Source of the DNA: a virus
Direction: 5' to 3' (one strand)
Length of the DNA stretch: 64,000 nucleotides
IMG/VR virus record: IMGVR_UViG_3300037420_002497
Within the stretch, counting starts at the first letter, position 1, and each line of letters starts with the position of its first letter. A program made the position numbers and the translations under genes. The notes beneath the pieces were generated by a model, which searched no databases, was not told the origin of the DNA, and saw only the letters and a list, made by a program, of their open reading frames with translations. Below are positions 1 to 9,160 of this stretch, piece after piece.

Positions 1-454
1 TCCGTTCCCTCGGCGCGCCAAAGGCGCGACCCCCCTCCCGCCCCCTCTGGAGCGGCGCAGCTGGCGCGGCGCATCGCACCAGGGCGCAGGGCACAGGGGC
101 GCGGCGCAGCTGGGCCCCCTCATGCGGCGCACCAGGGGCGCAGGACACAGGCACCAGGGCGCACGCCAAGGGATGCGCCGCAGCTGGTGCGAGCTGCACC
201 GGGGCACAGGCACCAGGGACGCAGGGCGCAGGACCAGGGCACAGGGGCGCACCAGGGACAGGACCAGGGGCGCGGCGCAGCTGGGCCCAGAGCTGCACCA
301 GGGCGCGCCAGCTGTGCACCAGGGACGCAGGGCACCAGGGGCGCGGATGTCACGCACCAGGGGCCCAGAGGGGGCACCAGGGCGCGCCAGCTGGGCCCAG
401 AGCTGCACAGGCACCAGGGCACCAGAGCTGCGCGCCAGAGCTGCCCGGTTTACT

Positions 455-514
455 CCAGGGTGAACGGACCATTAACGCAGGGCGCAGCTTCCGTTAATGA
501 ATCGTTCACCCTGG
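455..514. repeat. imperfect 60-bp inverted repeat (long hairpin) inside the repeat array
   Basis: arms CCAGGGTGAACGgacCATTAACG and CGTTAATGaatCGTTCACCCTGG; the element is AT-richer than its flanks. Confidence 0.5.
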
Positions 515-1265
515 AGCAAAGCGACGGCGCAGGGGCACTAGGGCGCAGGACCAGGGCACCAGGGGCGCAGGGATGCGCCGCAGGGCACCAGGGCGCGGCG
601 CAGCTGGCCCCAGAGCTGCACAGGCACCAGGGACCAGGGACGCGCGCCAGCTGGGCCCATTCGTGCGCCGCAGGGCACCAGGGCACAGGACCAGGGCGCA
701 TGGCACCAGAGCTGCGGCGCAGGACCAGAGCAGGGCGCACCAGGGGCGCAGGGCACAGGGATGCGCCGCAGGGCACCAGGGGCCCGGGTTCACTAGGTGA
801 GCTGCACCAGGGCACCAGAGCTGCACAGCTGGGCCCGCTGCCTGGTGCAAGTAACATCCAGTAAGCGAAAGGCGCCCAGAGCAGGGCAACCCATGGCATC
901 CCCAGAGTGGAAAGCCACTGTGCACCCAGTTACATGGTCCCTTCGCGAGCAGGGCGCAGGGACTCAAAACGTGCACCTAGTGCACAGTGCGCAAGGCACC
1001 AGGGGCGCGCGTCAGCTGGGCCCAGAGCTGCGCACCAGGGACCAGGGCGCACCAGGGCGCAGGGATGCGCCGCAGGGCACCAGCTGCACCAGAGCTGCAC
1101 CAGGGCGCGCCAGCTGGGCCCAGAGCTGCGCGCAGGCACCAGGGGCCCGGGTTCACTAGGTGAGCTGCGGCGCAGGGCACCAGGGGCGCAGCTGGTGCGC
1201 CATGGGAGCGGCGCAGCTGGTGCGAGCTGCACCAGGGGCACAAAAGCAAAAAGGCCCGGTTTCCC

Positions 1266-1294
1266 GGGCCCCCTCATGCGGCGCAGCTGGTGCG
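1266..1294. repeat. direct repeat copy A (GGGCCCCTCATGCGGCGCAGCTGGTGCG)
   Basis: near-identical 27-28 bp copy at 3518-3545; partial copy at about 107-131. Confidence 0.5.
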
Positions 1295-1301
1295 GGTTGA
1301 A

Positions 1302-1607
1302 TCAATAGCGTGGCATCTTGAATTCATCGGGTGAGCAGCTGCGCACAAGCTCATGCCCACCGTAATAGTCCTGCTCCAGAGTATTGAAAACATCAACCCA
1401 GAATCCCTTTTTGCCCAGCTGCGCCGCGAGCTGCGCGCCACGCATCCAGCTAGCACGGTGGAAAATGTTCACAGGGCGCAGCTTTTCCGCACTGTCATAC
1501 ACCATGCACAAAAACGGATTTTCAAGCTCATATGCCGTGACGTGGCTGTCATGTTCGCTTGCAGCTTCAAAGGCGATAAGGGTGAGCAGGGTTTGCATTT
1601 TCAACAC
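1302..1607 (-). CDS. hypothetical protein (101 aa), lower-GC island
   Basis: ORF lies in a lower-GC segment and has a protein-like composition; last gene of a 4-gene minus-strand operon. Confidence 0.5.
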   Translation of the reverse strand: MLKMQTLLTLIAFEAASEHDSHVTAYELENPFLCMVYDSAEKLRPVNIFHRASWMRGAQLAAQLGKKGFWVDVFNTLEQDYYGGHELVRSCSPDEFKMPRY

Positions 1608-1638
1608 TCCAGAATTGCGGGTTGATTGATTCGGCGCT

Positions 1639-2028
1639 TTAGATTATCCAAACCCCTGATGTTTCCTTGCCTTCGGGCGCATGGGTTCGGGCAAGGTCAA
1701 TCAAGCTCTGCAACTGCGCCCATTCGCTAGGCAAGGCGCGCGCGGATTCGGATTGAATTTGATATTCCAGCGAATACAGCAGCGCCAGCGCATAAGCGGC
1801 AGCTTCGGGCGAATAGTCAATATCCGGGTATGCCTGCCTTTCCTGCTCATACACAGCAGCGAATCCGCGCAGGGGTTCGGGCGCGCAGTTATAGGCGTGC
1901 GCCATGGTGTGATTGTTCAAGCGGCGCAGCTGCTGTGCCAGCTTCGCAGGGTTGTTTGTATAGGTGCGGGCATGGGCCCATGCGGCAATGGCTGCGATAT
2001 GACGGACAGAGCAAAGGACGCTAGACAT
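1639..2028 (-). CDS. hypothetical protein (129 aa), lower-GC island
   Basis: ORF collinear with its neighbours; protein-like composition. Confidence 0.5.
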   Translation of the reverse strand: MSSVLCSVRHIAAIAAWAHARTYTNNPAKLAQQLRRLNNHTMAHAYNCAPEPLRGFAAVYEQERQAYPDIDYSPEAAAYALALLYSLEYQIQSESARALPSEWAQLQSLIDLARTHAPEGKETSGVWII

Positions 2029-2158
2029 GATGGAAACTCCAGAGGGTCAAAACATCAGGTGGACCAGGGCGCGCACCATATCGGCGAGCTGCGCGCCAGT
2101 CAGGGAAAGCGCTGCAGAACGGACAACGGCAAGAATCGTCGTTTTCATGCTGTGCCCC

Positions 2159-3001
2159 TCATGCTGCGATCGCGAGGGGGACAACCCGACGGGGCGCGTC
2201 CACAACGAATCCGCTCATGTCCGTTCGTGCCTTGCCTTTTGCGTAAAGCGCCACCACCACCCCCGGGGGGTCATAAGGGCGCAAATCCGAATTATCCCCA
2301 GGGACGCAGGGCAAACCCAGGAAAGTATTCGGGATGTCCTGTTCATTGCGGAAAACAACGGCAATGCGCATGCCCTGCGCAATTGCCTGTTGCACGTACT
2401 TTTGATAAGCAGGCAAGCCAGAGTATGAAAATGTCAAATCGTAGTTTTTGGGGATGCTGCGCCGGTTCGGGAGCTTGGTGTAATCGTAGAAAATCACACC
2501 AGGAAAAACCGCCATGATATTGACGTATTCACCAGGGGCGCAGCCGATTTTCTTGGCCATGTTTTGATCTACAAACACAGGGACAAGCTCCCAGCGAATG
2601 TCACTTGTCCCATTCAAGCGAACCATGAAAACGAATCCTTTGCGCTGGGCATAACGCAGTCGGCGCGCAATCTCCAGTGCCAGCGCTTGCATGAATTCCC
2701 GGCGGAATCGAATGAAAAGCTGGGTCTTGTTCATGCGGGCATCATTGATGCCGCTCATATGTTCGGCGCGCCCTGCGGTAAACAAACAGGGCTCCAGACA
2801 ACCCGCAATTGCCGCCATGGCGCACAGGTTTTGCCCGGACAGGTTACCGGGCGCAAGGTACAGAATGGCCGTTTGCACCTGCTCGGTTTCACCCTTTTTG
2901 GTTTTCGCATTCTCTGTGCCCAGCAAATCCGAAGGCACGTACAAACCAGCTGCCGCAGCCTTTTGAGCGAAAGCCTTTGCGCAATAATTGAAGTTTTCCA
3001 T
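2159..3001 (-). CDS. hypothetical protein with Cys cluster (C-x7-C-x3-C), 280 aa
   Basis: longest ORF of the low-GC island; motif LCAMAAIAGCLEPC; family not recognised. Confidence 0.55.
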   Translation of the reverse strand: MENFNYCAKAFAQKAAAAGLYVPSDLLGTENAKTKKGETEQVQTAILYLAPGNLSGQNLCAMAAIAGCLEPCLFTAGRAEHMSGINDARMNKTQLFIRFRREFMQALALEIARRLRYAQRKGFVFMVRLNGTSDIRWELVPVFVDQNMAKKIGCAPGEYVNIMAVFPGVIFYDYTKLPNRRSIPKNYDLTFSYSGLPAYQKYVQQAIAQGMRIAVVFRNEQDIPNTFLGLPCVPGDNSDLRPYDPPGVVVALYAKGKARTDMSGFVVDAPRRVVPLAIAA

Positions 3002-3014
3002 TTTCGCCCCCTGG

Positions 3015-3212
3015 TTAGATACTGCGAATGCGCTGGATGTCCGCGCGGATAATGGCGCGGATAGAAATACGCTGCGAAATATCGGCGCAATTGCGCGCGT
3101 GAATCAATATCCGAAGGGCCGATTCAATATGGATTCGGTTCATTTTCTTCCCATTCCACAGGTAAACAGCTGCGGTCCCTGTCGCATCCCGCACTGCGCG
3201 GGGCGAAGCCAC
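3015..3212 (-). CDS. small hypothetical protein (65 aa)
   Basis: lies 13 nt upstream of the 280-aa gene on the same strand; purine-rich stretch precedes the ATG. Confidence 0.35.
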   Translation of the reverse strand: MASPRAVRDATGTAAVYLWNGKKMNRIHIESALRILIHARNCADISQRISIRAIIRADIQRIRSI

Positions 3213-3278
3213 ACCCTATAGGCGCCGCGCCTGCTCTGGAATACGTCAAGCCCCCGCGTTTGAGGGGGTCACACAGAT

Positions 3279-3660
3279 TTAGGGGGGTGGACAGGGGGGG
3301 CGCGCCCAGTGCGAGCGTGCGAGCTGCGCCCGATTGCCTGCGACACAGGACCAGGGCGCACCAGGGCACCAGGGGCACAGCTGCACAGCTGGGCCCCTGG
3401 GCGCGCGCGCCACTCCACTAGTGACACAGGGCACAGGGCATGAGCTGCACCAGGGCACCAGCTGCACAGGACCAGGGGCACAGCTGCACAGCTGGGCCCC
3501 TGGGCGCGCGCCAGCTGGGCCCCTCATGCGGCGCAGCTGGTGCGACAGGGCGCGGCGCAGCTGGCGCGAGCTGCACCAGGGCACCAGAGCTGCGCCGCAG
3601 CTGGTGCACCAGGGCGCAGGACCAGGGCGCGCGGCGCACCAGGGGCGCAGCTGGGCCCAG
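3279..3660. repeat. second GC-rich degenerate repeat array (same module family as 60-1295)
   Basis: reiterated GCACCAGGG and CAGCTGGGCCC modules; six-frame ORFs. Confidence 0.6.
3518..3545. repeat. direct repeat copy B (GGGCCCCTCATGCGGCGCAGCTGGTGCG)
   Basis: matches 1266-1294. Confidence 0.5.
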
Positions 3661-3785
3661 GGCAAAAAAGCACGACCGATCGTTTCTGAAACCGATTTCA
3701 GGCGATTTTTTCGGGATCGAGCCCTGGGGGCCCGGTCGAGCCGGGCGCCTGGGCAACGGCCCGGCGCTGGAAACGGAAAACGCCG

Positions 3786-3911
3786 ACCCCTTCCGGGGGA
3801 ATCACGGGCGAAAACGGCCCCGCCAGTTTTTCCCAGGTCGAGCCCGGCCCTGCCGGCCGCACCCCTTCCGTGGGAATCACGGACGGCGCACCCCTTCCGT
3901 GGGAATGAAGG
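3786..3911. repeat. three copies of the ACCCCTTCCGKGGGAATCACGG motif
   Basis: copies at 3786-3807, 3861-3882 and 3890-3911; the same motif recurs at 17777 after a stop codon. Confidence 0.6.
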
Positions 3912-3949
3912 GCCGAAGCGCCGACCCCCATGAACGAGGGTTACTGTAC

Positions 3950-3980
3950 TTGCATCCATAGGCGCGCCGCCTATATGATC
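3950..3980 (+). promoter_or_regulatory. promoter-operator copy 1 (TTGCAT -35, palindrome ATAGGCGCGCCGCCTAT, TATGAT -10)
   Basis: 17-bp palindrome at 3958-3974 sits between the -35-like and -10-like hexamers; the element is repeated 6 times in the window. Confidence 0.6.
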
Positions 3981-4009
3981 AAGGCTCGCACCGACCACCA
4001 GACAACGCA

Positions 4010-4480
4010 ATGACCACCAAGCCCACCACCAGCCAGCAGCGCCAGCTGATCCTGGACTTCGTGCAGACGGCGCAAAGTCTGGGCGCCACCGGCATCGCCG
4101 TGCGGCTGCCCTCCAGCGACCGGCTCATCGCCTCGCGCGCGGCGCGCCAGATCCGGGGCGATCGCGCCCTGGCCGACTACCACGATGAGCTGGGCAACCG
4201 GGTGAGCCTGGACATGGACGGCGTGGTGCGCCAGTACCTGAAGGGCGAGAAGCCCAGGGCTGCCGCCCCTTCCCCGGCTGTGTCGGTCGTGCTGCGCACC
4301 TGGGACAACGAGCTGGGCGGCTGGCAGCGCCAGTCCATCACCGACTGCGTGGTGGACGGACTGGACGCCGAGCAGCTGCGCAACGCCGCCACGCTGGAGG
4401 AGATCGCCGAGGCCTACGTGCTGGCGCGTCACCCGACCCTGCGCCTGGGCGATTACGGCATCGACATCCGCCTGGGCTGA
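4010..4480 (+). CDS. hypothetical protein (156 aa)
   Basis: first ORF after promoter copy 1. Confidence 0.6.
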   Translation: MTTKPTTSQQRQLILDFVQTAQSLGATGIAVRLPSSDRLIASRAARQIRGDRALADYHDELGNRVSLDMDGVVRQYLKGEKPRAAAPSPAVSVVLRTWDNELGGWQRQSITDCVVDGLDAEQLRNAATLEEIAEAYVLARHPTLRLGDYGIDIRLG

Positions 4481-4510
4481 GCCCCTTCCCCTCCTCCCCG
4501 GAGCCACCGC

Positions 4511-4744
4511 ATGAACGTCCGCACCGCCATCCGCATCGCCCGCGAGTTGCGCCCCGCGATCGGCGCCCATACGCGCCTGATCGGCAACAGCAACGCCACG
4601 CAGGAGCAGTACGAGGCAGCCGAGCTGGCCAGCTCCGAGGCTGTGTCCCTGGCGAAGTACCTGATCTGCCACCTGGACGATCGCCACGCCGCTGTGGTGT
4701 TCGCCCGTGCCGTGGGCATGCCCGGCTACATCAACCTGCGCTGA
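4511..4744 (+). CDS. hypothetical protein (77 aa)
   Basis: GGAGCCACCGCATG start context. Confidence 0.5.
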   Translation: MNVRTAIRIARELRPAIGAHTRLIGNSNATQEQYEAAELASSEAVSLAKYLICHLDDRHAAVVFARAVGMPGYINLR

Positions 4745-4782
4745 CCGGCAGCGCCGACCACCCCCACCCTCCAGGAGCCACC

Positions 4783-5178
4783 ATGACCACCACCAAGCAC
4801 CTGACCGAGAAGCGCGCCGCCGACCGCAAGCGCATGGCAGACCAGCTGCAGCAGCTGGTGCTGAGGCTGGGCGGCACCGTCGAGCGCAGCCAGCTCACGC
4901 CGCGCTGCGAGATGCTGGACATCACCGGTGCGCAGGGTCTGCACGTCTACATCGACCTCGACGGCGAAAGCTGCCAGCCCGACGTGCATGTGATCCCCTG
5001 GCACATCACCTCCCCCTCCGAGGCCAAGCTGGCGCCCAGCTTCGGGGACGTGAACCCGCACCACTTCCGCAAGGCCACGCACGTTGTGTATGGCTTCGCC
5101 GCGCTGCACGCCGAGATCGAGCGCGGCCTGAGCGCAGCCAAGGACGGCAGCGCCTTCCAGCGCCAGCACGGCGCCTGA
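4783..5178 (+). CDS. hypothetical protein (131 aa)
   Basis: CAGGAGCCACCATG start context. Confidence 0.6.
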   Translation: MTTTKHLTEKRAADRKRMADQLQQLVLRLGGTVERSQLTPRCEMLDITGAQGLHVYIDLDGESCQPDVHVIPWHITSPSEAKLAPSFGDVNPHHFRKATHVVYGFAALHAEIERGLSAAKDGSAFQRQHGA

Positions 5179-5215
5179 CCCTTCCACCACTCGACAGATT
5201 CGACAGGAGCACACC

Positions 5216-5731
5216 ATGGGCTGGACCTTCCCCTACTGCACCAACACCCGCGCGCAACTGGTTGAGCACCTGCGCCGCCCCGAGCGCTTCGGCGATCGCA
5301 CCGAACTGCTGGCCGCCTGCACGCGCGGCAACCATCACTGGTATCTGGCGCGCAACAAGGACACCGGCGTGGTGTGGATCGGCCTGGACCTGATGCAGGG
5401 CGGCACGCGCCGCGAGCCGGGCTGGGGCTACAAGGACATGGACGAGTCCATGGGCCCGTATGCCAGCGACTGCCCGCTGAGCTACCTGGACCGGGCCACC
5501 GAGCCCTGCAACGAACACAGCCGCGACTGGCGCGACGGGGTGCGCAAGTACCACGCCCAGCGCAAGGAACGCCCCGAGCCGCGCGCCGGGCTGCGCGTGA
5601 CCTACTGCGGCCACACCTACGAACTGGTGCGCCCCGCCGGCCCGCGCCGGGGCTGGGAAGTGCGCAACACCAGCGGGACCACGTACCGCATGAACGCGCG
5701 CCAGCTGGCCAGCGCCCAGCCGGTTGCCTGA
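5216..5731 (+). CDS. hypothetical Cys/His-rich protein (171 aa)
   Basis: ACAGGAGCACACCATG start context; TGACCCTTCC motif follows the upstream stop codon. Confidence 0.6.
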   Translation: MGWTFPYCTNTRAQLVEHLRRPERFGDRTELLAACTRGNHHWYLARNKDTGVVWIGLDLMQGGTRREPGWGYKDMDESMGPYASDCPLSYLDRATEPCNEHSRDWRDGVRKYHAQRKERPEPRAGLRVTYCGHTYELVRPAGPRRGWEVRNTSGTTYRMNARQLASAQPVA

Positions 5732-5761
5732 GCCCTTCCCCATCACTACAGGAGCTGCACC

Positions 5762-6169
5762 ATGCACACCCTCTACCGGGTCCACGCCAACGGCACCACG
5801 TTCGGGGACTACCTTGCCGACGACACCCAGGGCGCGCGCAACGCTTGCGCCATGGATGCCGGCTATGCGAGCGAGGCCGACATGGAGCGCCAGCTGGAGC
5901 GCCCCAGCGGACTGGTTGCCGAGCCCATCCCCTGCGTCATCACGCTGAGCTGCGAGGTCGCCAAGGTGCAGGCCGGCGGCTTCGTGTACTACGCAGAGTT
6001 CTACGTGGAGCCCGGCGCCGGCTTCGATGCCGACCTGTACGCCCAGACCTTCGACCTGAACCGTGCCGAGATGGATGCGGACAGCGTGAAGGCGGCGCAG
6101 GACGCGGCGGCGCGGCTGGGCGCCGACGAGGTGCTGATGGTGGGCCGCGTCATCCAGCCGAAGATGTGA
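5762..6169 (+). CDS. hypothetical protein (135 aa)
   Basis: CAGGAGCTGCACCATG start context. Confidence 0.6.
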   Translation: MHTLYRVHANGTTFGDYLADDTQGARNACAMDAGYASEADMERQLERPSGLVAEPIPCVITLSCEVAKVQAGGFVYYAEFYVEPGAGFDADLYAQTFDLNRAEMDADSVKAAQDAAARLGADEVLMVGRVIQPKM

Positions 6170-6255
6170 CCACCGTTGAAGTCGCCACAAGGTTGCGAGC
6201 CACCCTCCAGCGCCAGCCGGCGCCCGATCATCTGCACCCCCACCAGGAGCACCCC

Positions 6256-6519
6256 ATGACCACCAGCACCGCGAACATCGTTGAGATCCTGATCTGGGCC
6301 CCGCAGGTCTGCGGGGAGGACCACACCGGCGCCACGGTCGCCGAAGCGGTGGCCTATGCCGCCAGCCTGGGCGGCCACGCCCAGATCCTGGGCGCCGACT
6401 GGGAGCTGTCCTGGTTCGCGGACTCCACCGACCCCTGGAACTGGATCAAGGCCCGGGGCCCGGTGCCGGCGCACCATGCCCAGGAGCTGGAGCGGGCGCT
6501 GCGCGCGCTGGCCACCTGA
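6256..6519 (+). CDS. hypothetical protein (87 aa)
   Basis: internal start chosen at CAGGAGCACCCCATG; an intrinsic terminator follows. Confidence 0.5.
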   Translation: MTTSTANIVEILIWAPQVCGEDHTGATVAEAVAYAASLGGHAQILGADWELSWFADSTDPWNWIKARGPVPAHHAQELERALRALAT

Positions 6520-6540
6520 GCACCGAGCCCTGCGGCGCCA

Positions 6541-6565
6541 GCCCGGCCCAGCCGGGCTTTTTTTC
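6541..6565 (+). terminator. rho-independent terminator
   Basis: stem GCCCGGCCCAGCCGGGC followed by TTTTTTT. Confidence 0.7.
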
Positions 6566-6597
6566 GCCTGCGGCCCCTCGTTTGCATGGGAAGATGC

Positions 6598-6628
6598 TTG
6601 CGTTGATAGGCGCGCCGCCTATATGATC
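6598..6628 (+). promoter_or_regulatory. promoter-operator copy 2
   Basis: TTGCGT, then the palindrome at 6606-6622, then TATGAT; conserved leader GGCTCGCTCAACGCACCGGAGA. Confidence 0.6.
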
Positions 6629-6657
6629 GAGGCTCGCTCAACGCACCGGAGACCGAG

Positions 6658-7029
6658 ATGCCCAACTGGATTCGCCGCCCGCAGCTGATGGTCGAGACCC
6701 ACCACGAGCTGGTGTATGCGTCCCTGACGCACGCGGGCACCGAGTACCGCTTCACCTGCAACGAGAAGGGCGAAGTGGACCCGGCTGGGCAGACCGAAGC
6801 GCGGCAGCTGGCGCTGGCGCGCTGCGTCGCGGGCCTGGGCACCGCATACGCCCAGCCGCGTCTGGTCTCGCGCGAGCACAGCTGGTTCGACTCTGGCGCC
6901 ATCCGCTGCCACTGCGGCGCGCGCCACGAGCTGGAGCGCCACGACAGCACCTGCGACAGCTGCGGCCAGGACTACAACGGCTTCGGCCAGGAGCTGCGCC
7001 CGCAGTCGCAGTGGGAGGAGGACTACTGA
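6658..7029 (+). CDS. zinc-ribbon-like protein (123 aa)
   Basis: CHCG...C..C motif near the C-terminus; first ORF after the promoter. Confidence 0.6.
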   Translation: MPNWIRRPQLMVETHHELVYASLTHAGTEYRFTCNEKGEVDPAGQTEARQLALARCVAGLGTAYAQPRLVSREHSWFDSGAIRCHCGARHELERHDSTCDSCGQDYNGFGQELRPQSQWEEDY

Positions 7030-7078
7030 GTCCGCCACCCCTTCCACGCCTACCCGCAACCATCCCAGGAGCCACACC

Positions 7079-7750
7079 ATGAAGCCCACCAAAGCCGCCA
7101 CCAGCAACGCACGCAAGGCCCGCGCACAGCGCGCCGACGAGATCATCTGCACCGTTCCCCGCGAGGGAGACGGCGGCTGGTATCTGGATCTTTACTGGCT
7201 TTATTCCAATGGCCGCTATGGCGTCAGCGACACCGATGGGAACCACACCAGCTGCTACGCCCGCGAGCTGCCCAACGCCCGCGAGGAGGCGCAGGCGTGG
7301 CTGGACTATTCCCTGCACGTCGAGAGCACCGGCACCGATCCCCTGGGCGAGTTCAACATCAAGGCGGTGGAGCGCATCAACGAGCTGTGGCACTTCAGGG
7401 TCGAGCCGGATGCGCAAGGCAAGACCCGCGTCCTGGCCGCGCGCCACCACAACGACGCCGAGACCCCGCTGGACGCGCTGCCCGAGCACGTCACCGACTA
7501 CCTGCACCTGATCCCAGGCACGAACGTGTCCGATGACGACTGGACGGCAGTGGCCGACTTCCACGGGGTCAAGCCGGGCGACTGGCTGCAGGACACGGTG
7601 GAGTCCATCACACGCCGCCCGGACGGCGTGGTGCGCGCCGAGCTGATCGAGGCCGCCCGCGCCAGCGTGGAGCGCCAGCGCACGGCGCTGGAGTGGCTGC
7701 CTGCCCGCAAGCGGCGCACGAAGGCCACCCCCGCCCCAGCGCAACCCTGA
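7079..7750 (+). CDS. hypothetical protein (223 aa)
   Basis: CAGGAGCCACACCATG start context. Confidence 0.6.
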   Translation: MKPTKAATSNARKARAQRADEIICTVPREGDGGWYLDLYWLYSNGRYGVSDTDGNHTSCYARELPNAREEAQAWLDYSLHVESTGTDPLGEFNIKAVERINELWHFRVEPDAQGKTRVLAARHHNDAETPLDALPEHVTDYLHLIPGTNVSDDDWTAVADFHGVKPGDWLQDTVESITRRPDGVVRAELIEAARASVERQRTALEWLPARKRRTKATPAPAQP

Positions 7751-7765
7751 ACAGGAGCCACCACC

Positions 7766-7999
7766 ATGACCACGACCCAAGCACCAGCAGCCGAGTTGCG
7801 CCGCGCATGGCTTGTGCCAACGCCCGCCTGGACCCATCCCGCGTGGGTTGTCTGCGCACCCAGACCCATCACCGAGGATGACGCACGGCTGTCCGTCTTT
7901 GGCCCGGTGCCCGCCGGCTTCCCAACCGCGACGCACTTCTTCCCGGCCAACAGCGAGCAGGCCGGCAAGGAGCTGGTGGCGAGCCTGTTGGAGATATAG
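7766..7999 (+). CDS. hypothetical protein (77 aa)
   Basis: CAGGAGCCACCACCATG start context. Confidence 0.5.
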   Translation: MTTTQAPAAELRRAWLVPTPAWTHPAWVVCAPRPITEDDARLSVFGPVPAGFPTATHFFPANSEQAGKELVASLLEI

Positions 8000-8010
8000 G
8001 CGCGCCGCCC
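7996..8010 (+). promoter_or_regulatory. partial (half) copy of the operator palindrome
   Basis: ATAGGCGCGCCGCCC lacks the right arm; lies 30 nt upstream of full copy 3. Confidence 0.4.
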
Positions 8011-8031
8011 CTCGTTTGAGTGGTGATTCTC

Positions 8032-8062
8032 TTGATCGCATAGGCGCGCCGCCTATATGATC
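8032..8062 (+). promoter_or_regulatory. promoter-operator copy 3
   Basis: TTGATC, then the palindrome at 8040-8056, then TATGAT; same conserved leader as copy 2. Confidence 0.6.
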
Positions 8063-8092
8063 TGGGCTCGCTCAACGCAAACGGAGATCGAC

Positions 8093-9061
8093 ATGCAAGC
8101 CACCACCACCCGCACCGGCACCGCCTTCGACGACATGGACAGCGACCTGGGCGCGCTGGCCGGCGAGACCGCCGTCTACGTCCCGGGCGAAGGCCGCAAC
8201 CGTCGCGAGCCGCGCGAGGAGCTGGTGGCGCTGCACGAGGAGAAGTGCCCGAAGTGCCAGGGCTCGGGCCGCTTCCGGGGATTCACGGGCCGCCTGCTGG
8301 GCCAATGCTTCACTTGCCAGGGCGGCGGCAAGGTGTTCTTCAAGACCAGCGCCGTGCAGCGCGCCAAGTGCCGCGAGCAGGCCAAGGCGCGCGAGGAGCG
8401 CAAGCAGCAGGAGGCGCACAGCGCCTTCGCGGCCGAGCACCCGACCGAGTGGGCGTGGATGCGGGAGCGCGCCCTGCGCTGGGACTTCGCCCGCTCCATG
8501 GTCGAGGCGGTGGCCAAGTGGGGCCGCCTGACGGACGGCCAGCTGGCCGCCGTGCGCAAGTGCATCGCCAAGGATGCCGAGCGCGCCCAGCTGCGCGCCG
8601 CCGAGCAGCAGCAGCGCGCCGAGCTGGAGCGCACCGCCCAGGCGGTGAACATCGCCGCCGTCGAGGAAGCCTTCCAGCGCGCCAAGGACCGGCAGGTGAA
8701 TCGCCCGAAGCTGCGCCTTGCCGCCGATGCGGTGGAAGGCGCCGATGCGGCCGAGTACGTGTTCAGCCCGGCCGGCGAGAACAGCCGCAACGCCGGGTCC
8801 GTGTACGTCACCACCCGCCCGGAGCGCGGCGAGGAAGGGGTCTACCTGGGCAAGATCATGGGCGGCAAGTTCCTGAAGGTGCGCGACTGCAGCGCCGCCC
8901 AGGAAGCGCAGATCGTCGCCGTCGCATCCAACCCGGGCGAGGCCGCCAAGGCCTACGGGCAGCGCATCGGCGCCTGCAGCGTGTGCGGTCGCACCCTGAC
9001 GGACGGCACCAGCATCGACCTGGGCATCGGGCCGATTTGCGCAGAGCGCTACGGGTTCTAA
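8093..9061 (+). CDS. zinc-ribbon protein (322 aa) with C-terminal CxxCGRxLTDGTSIDLGIGPICA motif
   Basis: start placed by analogy with the other cassettes; motifs CPKCQGSG, CFTCQGGG and CSVCGR are present. Confidence 0.6.
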   Translation: MQATTTRTGTAFDDMDSDLGALAGETAVYVPGEGRNRREPREELVALHEEKCPKCQGSGRFRGFTGRLLGQCFTCQGGGKVFFKTSAVQRAKCREQAKAREERKQQEAHSAFAAEHPTEWAWMRERALRWDFARSMVEAVAKWGRLTDGQLAAVRKCIAKDAERAQLRAAEQQQRAELERTAQAVNIAAVEEAFQRAKDRQVNRPKLRLAADAVEGADAAEYVFSPAGENSRNAGSVYVTTRPERGEEGVYLGKIMGGKFLKVRDCSAAQEAQIVAVASNPGEAAKAYGQRIGACSVCGRTLTDGTSIDLGIGPICAERYGF

Positions 9062-9096
9062 TCCTTCCTGGCCCGGCCACCACGCCGGGCCCCTTC

Positions 9097-9160
9097 CGGC
9101 GGCTTCGGCCGCCACCACCCCAGCCGGCGAGGAGCCGGCCAGATCGAGGAGATCGCCATG
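9097..9160 (+). repeat. 64-bp direct repeat copy 1 (5'UTR and RBS region)
   Basis: about 97% identical to 9423-9486. Confidence 0.6.

Larger units (their letters stand above)
60..1295. repeat. GC-rich array of degenerate short repeats (modules GCACCAGGG, CAGCTGGGCCCAGAGCTGCAC, GATGCGCCGCAGGGCACCAG)
   Basis: 9-20 nt modules are reiterated without a fixed period; ORFs are open in all six frames (compositional); no G-X-Y or other codon periodicity. Confidence 0.6.

Noticed and set aside
120-1310. Long ORFs in every frame across the first repeat array (e.g. 187-864 +, 506-976 -, 907-1308 +)
   Set aside because: All six frames are open because of GC-rich repeat composition. The translations are R/G/A/P low-complexity with no consistent frame and no start-site context. 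They are treated as non-coding repeat DNA. A collagen-like or other repeat protein cannot be fully excluded, but there is no G-X-Y or other codon periodicity.
2159-3001. Assignment of the 280-aa Cys-cluster protein to radical-SAM or Gp37/Gp68-like families
   Set aside because: The Cys spacing (C-x7-C-x3-C) fits neither CxxxCxxC nor the GC..C pattern I recall for those families. It is left as a hypothetical protein.
60-3660. Possible CRISPR array
   Set aside because: The repeats are degenerate, lack a fixed unit length and lack unique spacers of uniform size. No cas genes are present.
3279-4010. 243-aa minus-strand ORF and overlapping plus-strand ORFs over the second repeat array
   Set aside because: Same compositional artefact as above. 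It overlaps the triple-motif region and promoter copy 1.
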